Positions 1-9,979 of a stretch of DNA of 64,000 nucleotides are shown piece by piece. This stretch comes from Thermoplasmata archaeon (GTDB lineage Archaea > Thermoplasmatota > Thermoplasmata > Lutacidiplasmatales > UBA184), in contig DAHUZZ010000005.1 in NCBI GenBank assembly GCA_027314915.1, positions 25,713 to 89,712 on the forward strand. Direction: 5' to 3'. Within the stretch, counting starts at the first letter, position 1. The number at the start of each line of letters is the position of its first letter. The position numbers and the translations under genes were made by a program. The notes beneath the pieces are model-generated. The model was not told where the DNA came from, searched no databases, and worked only from the letters and a program-made list of their open reading frames with translations.

Positions 1-386
1 GGGCCGGCGAGGAGCGGGATCCCGAGGGGGACCACCGAGACCTCGTCCCGGTGCGCGAGGGCATCGCGCTGGTCCTGGTCGGTGAGCCGGGTGTTGCCCA
101 CCTGCCCCTGGAGCATCTCGTAGGCGACGATGAAGAGCAGGATCCCGCCCGCGATCTCGAAGGCCTGCAGCGTGAACCCGAAGGCCGAGAAGAGGAAGCG
201 CCCGAAGATCGCGAAGAGCACGAGGAGGCTCCCGAGGACGAGCACGGCGCGGTCGCGGACCCCGGCCTGGTCGGCCGGCGAGAACCCTTCGGTGAGCGCC
301 ACGTAGAAGGGCAGGGTGCCGAGCGGGTCGACGATGGCGAAGATGCTCACGATGACCGCGGCGGCGAACGCGAGCTCGTTGCTCAC
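1..386 (-). CDS. MarC family membrane protein (runs off the window edge)
   Basis: Manual translation from GTG at 386: MSNELAFAAVIVSIFAIVDPLGTLPFYVAL...AFEIAGGILLF...VVPLGIPLLAG, which carries typical MarC motifs. Not in the ORF track because it is truncated. Confidence 0.85.
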   Translation of the reverse strand, partial: MSNELAFAAAVIVSIFAIVDPLGTLPFYVALTEGFSPADQAGVRDRAVLVLGSLLVLFAIFGRFLFSAFGFTLQAFEIAGGILLFIVAYEMLQGQVGNTRLTDQDQRDALAHRDEVSVVPLGIPLLAG

Positions 387-414
387 GGGTCCGTCGCCCC
401 CGCCGCCGGGATGG

Positions 415-849
415 CTACCAGTCCTTCGCGCACGCGGCGCCCACGTGCGTCCCGGCCGCCGAACTGTCGATGACCTTGACGACCCGGCCGTCCGGCCCGA
501 TCAGGAAGGTGACCCGGCGGGCCGCCCCGCCCGGTCGGCGGACCCCGTAGGCCTCCGAGATGGTGCCGGTCGGGTCGGCCACCAGCGGGAACTGGAAGCC
601 ATACTTCTGCGCGAAGGCCACCTCGTCCGACACGGAGTCGACGCTGACCCCCACGATCCGCACGTCCCGGGAGCCGAGCTCGTCGAAGTGGTCGCGGAAC
701 CCCTTGGACTCGGTCGTGCACCCCGGCGTGTCCGCCTTCGGATAGAAGTACAGGACCACGGGGTGGCCCCTCAGCTCGGACAGGCGGAGCCGTGTTCCCT
801 GCGACGTCTCTCCTTCGAACTCCGGGGCCAGGTCGCCGGCGGCGATCAT
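415..849 (-). CDS. bcp: Peroxiredoxin, BCP/PrxQ family
   Basis: VVLYFYPKADTPGCTTE peroxidatic motif; start trimmed to ATG at 849 (MIAAGDLAPEF). Confidence 0.92.
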   Translation of the reverse strand: MIAAGDLAPEFEGETSQGTRLRLSELRGHPVVLYFYPKADTPGCTTESKGFRDHFDELGSRDVRIVGVSVDSVSDEVAFAQKYGFQFPLVADPTGTISEAYGVRRPGGAARRVTFLIGPDGRVVKVIDSSAAGTHVGAACAKDW

Positions 850-880
850 GCCGGCGGGTAGGGCGTTCGGGCCATGAACT

Positions 881-1615
881 CTACGGGTCCGTCCGCGGCA
901 CCGGTCGCTCCCCCGCGGGGCGGGCGTCGACGGGGTCCGATCCCGGGCGGCGGGTCCGCGCACGGTGGACGTGGGCGATCTGGATGACGAAGACGCCGAG
1001 CCAGGCGAACTCGGCGAGGGAGGGGTTGACGAACGCGATCGCGATCGCCGCCCCGAAGACCGCAGGAGAGAGGTAGAGCGCCGTGCGGAGCCACCGGATC
1101 CCCTCGTCATCGATCCGGCGGTGGAGGAGCCGGCGGTGGCTCGTCGCGTGGCTCCAGAGGGCGCACAGCGCGAGCCCGGTGAGCCCGGAGATCGCGGAGT
1201 AGACGACGACGGCCTCGAAGTTGCCCGGGTAGGTGGTGATGACGTGGACCAGGAACGGCTGGAGCACCACGAGCGCGAGGAAGAGCATGTTGAGCTGGAT
1301 CACCGCCTGGTCCCACCCCCGGAGGTAGGTGAAGAGGAGATTGTGGGAGCGCCAGTAGCTCGCGAGCACGACGAAGACGAGGACGTAGGCCGCGAGGGCG
1401 CCCTGCAGCTGGGACAGCACGGCGAACAGCGTCGGGTGGTCCGCGCCCGGATCGCCCGGGACGGTGTAGATCACCGGGAGCGCGATGCTGAGGACGAGGA
1501 GGGTCATCGCGAAGCCGAAGATCCCGTCGCTGAGCGACAGGATCCGGGAGAGGTCGGTCCCCCGGCGCTCCCACGGGGGATGGTAGCTCGCCGAGCCCTT
1601 CTCGTCCTCGCTCAT
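881..1615 (-). CDS. TMEM175-family (DUF1211) K+ channel-like membrane protein
   Basis: RILSLSDGIFGFAMTLLVL matches the RxxxFSDGVFAIAxTLL signature; about 6 hydrophobic helices. Confidence 0.85.
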   Translation of the reverse strand: MSEDEKGSASYHPPWERRGTDLSRILSLSDGIFGFAMTLLVLSIALPVIYTVPGDPGADHPTLFAVLSQLQGALAAYVLVFVVLASYWRSHNLLFTYLRGWDQAVIQLNMLFLALVVLQPFLVHVITTYPGNFEAVVVYSAISGLTGLALCALWSHATSHRRLLHRRIDDEGIRWLRTALYLSPAVFGAAIAIAFVNPSLAEFAWLGVFVIQIAHVHRARTRRPGSDPVDARPAGERPVPRTDP

Positions 1616-2661
1616 CCGGGCCTCCCGCGCGAGGGCTCCCCGGAACGTGCCTCGCCGGGCGGGGCCGGGGGCGCCGACGTTCCGAGGAGCGAGGGCAGGA
1701 GCTCCGTGAGCTCGCTCCGGCCGCGGCGCGCGGGGTGGAACCACGTGAGCTCGCTCGGGGAGGGCACCGTCTCGAACCCGATCGAGCCGTAGAGCCGCCG
1801 GGCCCGCCCGTTGGTGGCGGTCACGACGAGCCGGGGCACCGCGCCCTCCTTCCGGAGCGCGGTGAGGGATTCCGCGAGCAGCGCCCGGGCCAGCCCCTGG
1901 CCCCGCGCCCCGCGGGCGACCATCACCTCGGTGATGAGCGGCCCGTGGTGGTCGTTCACGAGGACGGCCCCCGCGAGGCGTCCCCCGCGCGGGACGACGA
2001 CCGACGCCCCGGGCCAGGCCCGTCCGTAGGTGCCGTTTAGGAGCCGCCGGACCACCGCGCGCGCCCCGTCGAGCCCCGGCGCGTCCCCGAAGTAGGCGGG
2101 GTCGAGCGGCCAGTCGGAGTAGGCATCCTCGAAGAGCGCGGCGAGCTCCTCCTCATCGTCGGGCCGGAGCGGCCGCACCCCGCTCTCGGGAGCTCGGGGC
2201 GGCAGGGCCCGGGCGGCCGGGTAGACCATGTCGAACCGCTCGAACTGGCGGAACCCGCGGGGCTCGAGGAACGGCGCCACGGCCACCGCCGGAAGCTCGG
2301 GGCCCTGGATCCGGAGGATGACGGTGGGCGGCCCGGGGATCTCCTCCGAGCGCTCGAAGAGCGACCGCACCGCCCCCGCGGACCGGTAGCCCGGCATCAG
2401 GAACAGCAGGGTCGACCGGCCCTGGGGCCCCGAGGGCTGCGACTGGACCATCCCGGCGGCCTCGTCCTTGGGACCGATCCACAGCTCGGCGCGGAACCGG
2501 CCCTCCTCGACCTCGCGCCGGCGCGCGAGCGACTCCTCCGCCGAGAGGGGCCACCCCACGTCGGCGAGCCAGCGCGCCTGCTCCTGCAGCACCCGCAACG
2601 CCTCGCTCGGCGACCGGCCCGCCTCGGCGAGCTCCCCCGCGCGCCGCATCGGGGCGGCCAC
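1612..2661 (-). CDS. GNAT-family N-acetyltransferase (probably tandem GNAT)
   Basis: VMVARGARGQGLARALL acetyl-CoA motif A and ARRLYGSIGF motif B; start uncertain (2661 or 2649). Confidence 0.8.
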   Translation of the reverse strand: MAAPMRRAGELAEAGRSPSEALRVLQEQARWLADVGWPLSAEESLARRREVEEGRFRAELWIGPKDEAAGMVQSQPSGPQGRSTLLFLMPGYRSAGAVRSLFERSEEIPGPPTVILRIQGPELPAVAVAPFLEPRGFRQFERFDMVYPAARALPPRAPESGVRPLRPDDEEELAALFEDAYSDWPLDPAYFGDAPGLDGARAVVRRLLNGTYGRAWPGASVVVPRGGRLAGAVLVNDHHGPLITEVMVARGARGQGLARALLAESLTALRKEGAVPRLVVTATNGRARRLYGSIGFETVPSPSELTWFHPARRGRSELTELLPSLLGTSAPPAPPGEARSGEPSRGRPG

Positions 2662-2733
2662 GCGCCCGGCTCCAGATTAAGGCGGCGCCCGCCCGCAAGC
2701 CACGGTTAAATGGGGTCCCTTGCTCGTGCCGCC

Positions 2734-3171
2734 ATGTCGACGAAGCGACGGGCCGAGGTCAGCTGGGAGAAGGATCTGGCGCACGGGAGCGGCCGCGTGA
2801 AGCTCGACAGCGGAGCGCTTCCCGAGTTCCCCGTGACGTGGGCCTCACGCGCCGAGGCGCCCGCGGGCAAGACGAGCCCCGAGGAGCTCCTCGCCGCGGC
2901 CCACGCGAGCTGCTTCTCGATGGCCCTCTCGGCCGGGCTCGGGCGGATCGGCAAGCCGCCGGAGCACCTCACGGTCTCGGCGACGGCCACCTTCGACAAG
3001 GTGGGCGACGGCTGGAAGGTCACGACGATGGAGCTCGACGTCGTCGGCAAGGTCCCGGGGATCGACGAGGCGGCGTTCCGGGAGGCGGCCCAGAAGGCCT
3101 CGACCGGCTGCCCCATCTCGGTCGCCCTCCACAACAACGTCGAGGTACGGCTGAACGCACGGTTGGGGTGA
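2734..3171 (+). CDS. osmC: OsmC-family peroxiredoxin
   Basis: TSPEELLAAAHASCFSMAL and GCPISVAL two-Cys motifs; TTAAAT box at ~2706. Confidence 0.92.
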   Translation: MSTKRRAEVSWEKDLAHGSGRVKLDSGALPEFPVTWASRAEAPAGKTSPEELLAAAHASCFSMALSAGLGRIGKPPEHLTVSATATFDKVGDGWKVTTMELDVVGKVPGIDEAAFREAAQKASTGCPISVALHNNVEVRLNARLG

Positions 3172-4988
3172 GCGCGGACCCCGTCCCCTCGGCCGGGGCG
3201 GCCGACCGGCTCCGCGCCTGGCTCCACGTCGTCCTGTCGTCGGGCGCCCAGGTGGCGCACGACAGCGAGACGGTCGTCTACCTCGCGAACGAGGGCGGGT
3301 ACGCCCAGCCCCACGCCGTGCCGCGTCAGGGCGGACCGTCCCGGCGCCTGTGGGACTCTCCCGGCCGGGTCGCGATGCTCCTGCCCTCCCCGACGCGCCC
3401 CGAGGTGATCCTGGCGCGGGACCAGGGCGGCAACGAGCACTGGCAGCTCGAGCTCCTCCCGCTCGCGGACGCCTCGCGCGGCGCGACCCCGATCACGCAG
3501 GAGCCGACCGTCATCCACACGCCCTGCGTTTGGGACCCCGACGGTACGGGCCTCTACTTCACGTCGAACGCCCGGGACCGACGGTTCTTCGACGTCTACT
3601 GGACCGACCCGCACGCCCCGTCGACGGCGCCCCGGCCCCTCCGGCAGGAGGACGAGCACCTGGAGGTCCTCGACGCCCGCGACTCCCGGCTCCTCGTGGC
3701 GCGCCACCGGACGAACCTGAACGCGGACCTCCTCCTCGGGGTGGGGGAGGGCTTCATCGAGGTGAACCCGCACTCCGGCGAGCAGTACGTGCCCAGCGCC
3801 GAGCTCGGCCCCGACGCCGTGTACGCCGCGGCGAACCCGAACCGGGAGTTCGCCGCCCTCGTCAAGTTCCGACCCGGGCGAAACCCGGAGTTCCTCCGCG
3901 AGTACCCGGGGGACGTCGAGATCGTCCGGGTGGCGCCCGACGGGCGCTCGATCCTGCTCGCCGTCAACCGAGAGGGGTGGAGCGAGACGCATCTGTATGA
4001 CCTGGCCACCGGCGAGGACCGGCCGCTCCGGTCCGGCCCGAAGGGGGTGATCTCCTCGCTCAGCTGGTGCCCGGACGGCGTGGGGTTCGCCTACACGCTG
4101 AGCCACTCCGAGGGCACGGAGGTGTTCTACCGGAGCGTCGAGACCGGCAAGGAGCGCCGGCTCACGCGCTCCCCGACGCCGCTCCCCACGCGGCCGGTCG
4201 GTGCGACGCTCCACAGCTTCCGGGCGAGCGACGGGCTCACGATCCCCTACTGGGAGCTCCTTCCCGCCCGGACCCCGCCGCGGGGCACCCTCGTGGACGT
4301 CCACGGCGGGCCGGAGGCCCAGGCCCGGCCGACGTTCGACCCCACCCGGCAGTCCTGGGTGGCCGAGGGGTGGCGCGTCATCGCGCCGAACGTCCGGGGG
4401 AGCCTCGGGTACGGGGCGACCTACGTCCACCTCGATGACGTCGGCCGCCGGATGGACGCCGTCCGGGACCTCCGCGAGCTCGTATCGGCGCTCCTCGCGA
4501 CGGGCCGGGCGGAGCCGGGCCGGATCGCCGTCTACGGGGGCAGCTATGGCGGGTTCATGGTGCTCGCCGCGCTCACCACCTACCCCGAGCTCTTCGCCGC
4601 GGGCGTGGACGTCGTGGGAATCTCGAACTTCCTGACCTTCCTTCAGAAGACCGGGCCCTGGCGTCGGCGGATCCGCGAGGCGGAGTACGGCCGGCTCGTG
4701 GAGGACGCCGAGCTGCTCCGCTCCCTCTCGCCGCTGTTCCGGGCCGACCGGATCGTGGCCCCGCTCCTGGTCGTCCACGGCCGCAACGACCCGCGGGTCC
4801 CGTTCGACGAGGCGGAACAGATCGTCGCGTCGCTCCGCCGCCGCGGTCGCCCCGTCGAGCTCCTCGAGTTCCCCGACGAGGGCCACGGGCTGCACCGCCG
4901 CGAGCACCAGCTCGAGGTCGGGGTCCGGATGATGGAGTTCCTCGACCGGTACGTCCCGCCGCCCGGCGCGGCCCGGACGACCGCCTAA
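3168..4988 (+). CDS. S9-family peptidase (prolyl oligopeptidase/acylaminoacyl peptidase)
   Basis: VHGGPE, GGSYGG nucleophile, HGRNDPRV Asp, DEGHG His; GTG start overlaps the osmC stop. Confidence 0.92.
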   Translation: MSADPVPSAGAADRLRAWLHVVLSSGAQVAHDSETVVYLANEGGYAQPHAVPRQGGPSRRLWDSPGRVAMLLPSPTRPEVILARDQGGNEHWQLELLPLADASRGATPITQEPTVIHTPCVWDPDGTGLYFTSNARDRRFFDVYWTDPHAPSTAPRPLRQEDEHLEVLDARDSRLLVARHRTNLNADLLLGVGEGFIEVNPHSGEQYVPSAELGPDAVYAAANPNREFAALVKFRPGRNPEFLREYPGDVEIVRVAPDGRSILLAVNREGWSETHLYDLATGEDRPLRSGPKGVISSLSWCPDGVGFAYTLSHSEGTEVFYRSVETGKERRLTRSPTPLPTRPVGATLHSFRASDGLTIPYWELLPARTPPRGTLVDVHGGPEAQARPTFDPTRQSWVAEGWRVIAPNVRGSLGYGATYVHLDDVGRRMDAVRDLRELVSALLATGRAEPGRIAVYGGSYGGFMVLAALTTYPELFAAGVDVVGISNFLTFLQKTGPWRRRIREAEYGRLVEDAELLRSLSPLFRADRIVAPLLVVHGRNDPRVPFDEAEQIVASLRRRGRPVELLEFPDEGHGLHRREHQLEVGVRMMEFLDRYVPPPGAARTTA

Positions 4989-7363
4989 CGGGTCGGCGGG
5001 CGCCGGCGGAGCGCCACGGCGGCGACCGCGACCGCCACCACGGCGAGCCCCGCGATGACCCCGTACTCGAGCCAGGGCGTGGCGGTGGTGTTCGAGGAGC
5101 CCACGATCGGCTTCGGGGGCAGGGGCTTCGGCACCAGGTCGATGGGCAGGCTGATCGACTGGCCGGGGGCGACCACCACGATGCGCGAGATGCCCAGATA
5201 GCCCGGCGCGGACACGGAGATGTTGTACTGCCCCGGCGGCAGGTGCAGGGTGTAGCTGCCGTTCGGCTCCACCGTGAGGGTCCCGCCGTTCACGCTGATG
5301 GAGGCGGTCCCCGGGTTCACGGTGAGGCTGACCGTCCCGTTGCTCGGATAGTACTCGACCGTCACCGCCGCCGAGCGGCCCTGGACGGTGACCTGTCCGT
5401 GCGCGGGGGTGGGGTCGAACAGGGCCACCGTCGAGATCGAGTAGGAGTAGGTCCCGTTCGCGACGTTGACCTGGATGACGTTCGTCGTGGAGGGGTAGTT
5501 CACCCCGGCCAGGTCGACGATCCAGGCGGCGCCGGGTGCGAGACCCGTCTCCGCGAAGGTGAGCGGGAACTCCCGGACCGTGTAGCTGATCGCGAGCACC
5601 CCCGGTGGACCGGAGATGTTGAGGACGCCCGAGGCCACCGCGGCCTGGTACCCCGGTACTCCGAAGGCGTACCACGGGTAGGAGCCGTTCGCGAGCGGGA
5701 TCGCGATCTGGGCGCTTTGGGACGGATAGGCGACGCCGCCCAGGTCGACCCCCCAGGCGGTGCCCGAGGGGAGCCCGGACTCCTGGACGTACACCAGGTA
5801 CTCGTGGACCGTCCAGTGGATCGTCGGGCCCGTCACGTTCGTGCCGTTGACCGTGAGGGTGCCGCCCCGGGGGCTCGCGTCGTAGCCGGGCACCACCTGG
5901 ACGGTGTAGCCGTAGCTGCCGTTCGTCACGGTGAAGTTGAGCTCGCTGCCGGAGGTCGTCCCCAGGTACTTCCCCATCTCAACGGACCAGGGGGTCCCGG
6001 CCGGAAGCCCCTCGCTGTAGAAGTGGACCTGGTAGTGGCTCACCGGCTGGAAGCTGTAGGCGAGGTACTCCCCGTCGGTGAGGACGACGTCCGCGGTCTG
6101 CGCCACCGTGCCGTTCTGGAGGATGGAGATCTGGTAGGACCCGGGGACGAGGGTCAGGTTGACCTCGCCGCCCGCGTAGGTACCCTCGGAGACGTTGTTC
6201 ACCGAGTAGACCCCGTAGGCGTACTTCGTCGTGCCGTTGAAGATCGCCGCGTAGCCCCGGTCGTAGAGCATGTTGAGGCTCCCCGTGGAGCCCGCGGAGA
6301 GGGCGGCGAGCGGGACGCCGTTCGAGGTCGTCATCCCCTCGATGGTCTGGCTCACCGACTCGGCCGTGTTGCTGCCGAAGTCGAAGGCGTTCGGGATCTC
6401 CTGGAGGTTATGGCCGTTGAAGAACTGGAGACCGAGCGTGAGGTTGGCCCGGCTCAGGATCGTGCTCGACCCGCCCCCGGGGCCGCCGAAGACGAGCTCC
6501 GCGTCGCTGTAAAGGTAGCTGTCCACGTAGCTCGAGCCGTCGACCGAGAAGAGCGCGCTCGAGACCTTCGTGGCGAAGAAGACCGCCGTGTCGTAGGTGT
6601 GCCAGCCACCGCCGTCGTTGAAGCTGAAGGTCACGCGCGGGATCCCCAGGTCGTCGGCGCTCCGGACCAGGAGCTGGATCGTGGCCGGATAGGTCAGGCT
6701 GTCGGAGCCGGAGTAGGCGGCGGCGTAGTACCCCTGGCCGTTGTACACGCTCACGCTGCCGTTCCCCGAGGTGATGGTGTTGTCCCCGGACCCGGAGAGC
6801 ATCCCGCCGGTGTTGCCGGTGGTCAGGTTCCAGATGTTGTTCTCGTAGTAGGCGGTGTTCGAACTCGTGTCGATGAAGAGCACGTTCTGGATCCAGTAGG
6901 TGTACGCCACCCCGCCCGTCGTGAAGTCGAGCACGACGTTCTCCTGGAGGCTCCCGTAGTACTGGGATCCCCCGTTGTTGGAGTCATCGAAGTAGAGCGA
7001 GTTCACCGACGCGGTGCCGAGGAACTCGTTCGTGGTGTAGCTGTAGAGCGTGCCGTTCTTGTCCTGGCCGAAGTCCGCGATCCCCATGGGGGCCGGCTCG
7101 GAGGTATAGTGGGCGTAGGGGTCGACGGCCGCCGGCGTGGCGGCGGAGCGCGCGCCGCCGTGGGGCAGGGGCGACCCGTGCGGCGGGCCGATCCAGCGCG
7201 GGGCTTCGGACGGCGCGGCCGAGGCGACCCCCCCCGGGGCCGGGGCGGCGGCCGCCCCCGGGGACCCTAGGGTGGGCATCCCGGCGAGGAGGACGGAGAG
7301 CCCCAGCACGGCCAGGAGGACCCGGCGGCGTCCACGCCCGGCGGACGTCGAGTGGCGACGCAT
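4985..7363 (-). CDS. Thermopsin-family (A5) membrane-anchored protease with Ig-like/PEGA repeats
   Basis: PAPMGIADFG, LQENVVL, YWIQNV, DAELVFGGPGGG, FGSNTAES; repeated E(S/T)GLPxGTxW modules; signal peptide and C-terminal TM followed by RRR. Confidence 0.9.
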   Translation of the reverse strand: MRRHSTSAGRGRRRVLLAVLGLSVLLAGMPTLGSPGAAAAPAPGGVASAAPSEAPRWIGPPHGSPLPHGGARSAATPAAVDPYAHYTSEPAPMGIADFGQDKNGTLYSYTTNEFLGTASVNSLYFDDSNNGGSQYYGSLQENVVLDFTTGGVAYTYWIQNVLFIDTSSNTAYYENNIWNLTTGNTGGMLSGSGDNTITSGNGSVSVYNGQGYYAAAYSGSDSLTYPATIQLLVRSADDLGIPRVTFSFNDGGGWHTYDTAVFFATKVSSALFSVDGSSYVDSYLYSDAELVFGGPGGGSSTILSRANLTLGLQFFNGHNLQEIPNAFDFGSNTAESVSQTIEGMTTSNGVPLAALSAGSTGSLNMLYDRGYAAIFNGTTKYAYGVYSVNNVSEGTYAGGEVNLTLVPGSYQISILQNGTVAQTADVVLTDGEYLAYSFQPVSHYQVHFYSEGLPAGTPWSVEMGKYLGTTSGSELNFTVTNGSYGYTVQVVPGYDASPRGGTLTVNGTNVTGPTIHWTVHEYLVYVQESGLPSGTAWGVDLGGVAYPSQSAQIAIPLANGSYPWYAFGVPGYQAAVASGVLNISGPPGVLAISYTVREFPLTFAETGLAPGAAWIVDLAGVNYPSTTNVIQVNVANGTYSYSISTVALFDPTPAHGQVTVQGRSAAVTVEYYPSNGTVSLTVNPGTASISVNGGTLTVEPNGSYTLHLPPGQYNISVSAPGYLGISRIVVVAPGQSISLPIDLVPKPLPPKPIVGSSNTTATPWLEYGVIAGLAVVAVAVAAVALRRRPPTR

Positions 7364-7517
7364 CGGGAGATGGAGGCGACCACACGTTCTTAACTCTCGC
7401 GGCGCCCGGCCGGCTCGCCCGGGGCCCGAGGGCAGCTTATGCGCACAAATACACACACTTCGGCGCCGGGGCGGCACCGAGGGAGAACCTTGAAACCGCG
7501 TCGTCCCTCCCCCGGAG

Positions 7518-8183
7518 GTGCCCGAGCGGGTCTGGCTCGCCTGGAGCAGCGGCAAGGACTCCGCCTACGCCCTGCACGTGATCCGGTCGGACCCTGCCTA
7601 CGAGCTCGCGGGGCTCCTGACGACCGTCACGCGCCCGTTCGACCGGGTCGCCATGCACGGCCTCCGCACCGAGCTGCTGGACGCGCAGGCCCGCGCCCTC
7701 GGGTTGCCGGTCTACCGCGTCGAGATCCCGCACCCCTGCCCCAACCCGGTCTACGAGGAGGCGATGCGTCGGGCGCTCGGGATCGCGCGTGGGGCCGGGA
7801 TCCGGGGGATCGTGTTCGGCGACCTGTTCCTCGAGTCGGTGCGGGAGTACCGGGAGGAGCGGCTCGAAGGATCGGGGCTCCGCCCGATCTTCCCGTTGTG
7901 GGGGATCCCGACCGGTCTGCTCGCCCAGCGGATCCTCCGGCTCGGCTTCCGGGCGACCTTGAGCTGCGTGGATCCCCGGCAGATGAACCCCGCCTGGGCG
8001 GGGCGGGAGTACGACGCGGCGCTCCTCGAGCAGCTCCCGGCCACCGTCGATCCGTGCGGCGAGCGCGGTGAGTTCCACACCTTCGTCCACGACGGGCCGA
8101 TCTTCCCCCGGCCGATCGCGATCCAGAAGGGGGAGGTCGTGGTGCGGGACGGGTTCGTGTTCGCGGACCTCCTTCCGGCCTGA
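7518..8183 (+). CDS. PP-loop ATP-binding protein, MJ0570/diphthine-ammonia ligase-like
   Basis: WSSGKDS PP-loop; FGDLFL; DPCGERGEFHTFV. Confidence 0.85.
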   Translation: MPERVWLAWSSGKDSAYALHVIRSDPAYELAGLLTTVTRPFDRVAMHGLRTELLDAQARALGLPVYRVEIPHPCPNPVYEEAMRRALGIARGAGIRGIVFGDLFLESVREYREERLEGSGLRPIFPLWGIPTGLLAQRILRLGFRATLSCVDPRQMNPAWAGREYDAALLEQLPATVDPCGERGEFHTFVHDGPIFPRPIAIQKGEVVVRDGFVFADLLPA

Positions 8184-8258
8184 GGGGAGCGACGGGTCAC
8201 CGCCGGTGAGGTTCGGGGGTGCGTCGGTCGGTTACCCCCTCCGGGCGTGCTCGGAGCG

Positions 8259-8429
8259 ATGGGCGCGCACCCGCTCTTCCTGCAACGCCTCGATGCCGAA
8301 CAGCTCCGACGGCTCGCCATCGGGCCGTACGACCACGAACGGAGGCTCCTTGGGAGCACCCTCCCTCCGCCGCGGGCCCGGCCGGCCCCGCCCGCCCGGG
8401 GTCCCCCCGGTGAGGTCCCCCGGACCTAG
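8259..8429 (+). CDS. Possible small hypothetical protein (56 aa)
   Basis: ATG-started ORF with GC-rich third positions filling a 240-nt gap; no recognised motif. Confidence 0.25.
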   Translation: MGAHPLFLQRLDAEQLRRLAIGPYDHERRLLGSTLPPPRARPAPPARGPPGEVPRT

Positions 8430-8842
8430 TCGAAGTGCCCGCTGACCGCGATCAGGTAGATCAGGAGGAACAGTTCGACCGCCGTCGCGAGCACGGACGC
8501 GCCGTGGCCGAAGAAGATCCGGTAGAGGTTCAACCCGAGCAGGATCAGGAGCACCAGGATGGCGAGCGCGAGCGCCCACAGCCGCTGGTTCCACAGCCCG
8601 CCCGCCACACCGAGCAGGATCAACCCCAGGACGAAGGTGATGAGCGCGGCCGCGATCCCCACCCCGTAGACGAGGTAGCCGCCCAACAGGGCGATGTCGA
8701 GGATGCCCAGGAGCCCCGCGACGAGCAGGAGGAATCCCACGATCCCGATGAGGATCGCGAGGATCGCGACCCCCAGCGGGAGCCGAGACTCGGGCGGCGG
8801 GGGCGGGCTGGCGTAGGCAGTGGTGGTCGTGGTGGTCGACAT
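8426..8842 (-). CDS. Small 4-TM membrane protein (paralog of 28050..28529)
   Basis: Four hydrophobic helices; shares the LPLG(V/I)A...LW..R.WAL...YL..V..HF pattern with the paralog. Confidence 0.8.
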   Translation of the reverse strand: MSTTTTTTAYASPPPPPESRLPLGVAILAILIGIVGFLLLVAGLLGILDIALLGGYLVYGVGIAAALITFVLGLILLGVAGGLWNQRLWALALAILVLLILLGLNLYRIFFGHGASVLATAVELFLLIYLIAVSGHFD

Positions 8843-8915
8843 GCTGAGAAGATGGAACCGGCCGGGGGGTATTTCGAACCTCCCGTCGACCCGTAACGTG
8901 CAGGACCCCCACCGG

Positions 8916-9869
8916 CTAGGGAGGAGAGCTACTTCCCCGGACGGGGCCGCGCACGGGGACCGACCGCTCGGGGGAGGGGGCCTCGACCTCGAACGTGGCG
9001 TGGAGGATGCCGAAGTCGGCCTGCATGCGGTCCCGCAGGGCTCCCGCCACCTGCATCCCCTCGCGGACGGTCATCTCCTGGACGTCGACGTGCGCGGTCA
9101 TGCACACGAGCGTCGGGCAGACCGCCCAGATGTGGATGTCATGGATGCCGAGCACCTGGGGGACCTCGAGGGCGCTCGTGCGCACCGCGTCGAGCGAGAT
9201 GGCGCGGGGGGTCTGCTCGGTCAGGACCTCCCAGCCGCCCCGGAACAGCGGGAGCGATTCGTAGACGAGGAGCCCGCCGATGAGGAGCGCCGCGGCCGGG
9301 TCCACCCAGGCAAGACCGGGGGTGAGCAGGAGGAGTACCGCGGTCACGAGGAGCGCCCCGGCGATCAAGAGATCGGCGCCGAGGTGGAGGAGGACGCTGC
9401 GGAGGTTGAGGTCCCGCGTCCGGCCCGGGATGCGGCCCAGCACGAGGACGTTCCCCGCACGGAGCGCGAGGGTGGGGAGTGCGATGAGGAGGATCCAGAT
9501 CGCGTCGACCGGCCCGGCGAAGCTCCCCCCGTGGAGGAGCGTGAGGGCCGCCTCGGCGCCGAACACCGTCCCCGTTCCGAGCACGAGCGCGGCATTGAGG
9601 AGGGAGGCGAACACCTCGAACCGGTGCCGTCCGTAGCTGTAGTCCGGGCTCGCCCCCGTCTCCGCGACCTTGAGCGAGGACCAGGAGACCGCGAAGGCGA
9701 TCAGGTCGGGGATATCGTGGACCGCGTCCACGGTGAGCGCAAGGCTCCGGGAGAGGTAGGCGCCCACGAGCTCGAGCACCAGGATGACCGCGGTGAGCTC
9801 GACCGCGAGCCGGAGCGCCCGGAGCACTGAGCGCTCGGCCTCGCTCTCGCCGTGGAACATCTCGGGCAC
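8916..9869 (-). CDS. Cation diffusion facilitator (CzcD-like) transporter
   Basis: SLALTVDAVHDIPD, YSYGRHRFE, HLGAD, IHDIHIW; start may be ATG at 9860. Confidence 0.92.
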   Translation of the reverse strand: MPEMFHGESEAERSVLRALRLAVELTAVILVLELVGAYLSRSLALTVDAVHDIPDLIAFAVSWSSLKVAETGASPDYSYGRHRFEVFASLLNAALVLGTGTVFGAEAALTLLHGGSFAGPVDAIWILLIALPTLALRAGNVLVLGRIPGRTRDLNLRSVLLHLGADLLIAGALLVTAVLLLLTPGLAWVDPAAALLIGGLLVYESLPLFRGGWEVLTEQTPRAISLDAVRTSALEVPQVLGIHDIHIWAVCPTLVCMTAHVDVQEMTVREGMQVAGALRDRMQADFGILHATFEVEAPSPERSVPVRGPVRGSSSPP

Positions 9870-9979
9870 GGAGCGCCTCCGGCGGCCATGTTCGCCCGTC
9901 AGATGAACGTGACCGGGCGTCGACCGTGCGGCTCGATTACCTTATGGTCACCCTCTCGCTCGCCGCCGCAGGAGCGCGC

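Noticed and set aside
7436-7462. A/C-rich tract CACAAATACACACAC in the thermopsin divergent promoter
   Set aside because: Too short and without clear symmetry to call an operator or repeat.
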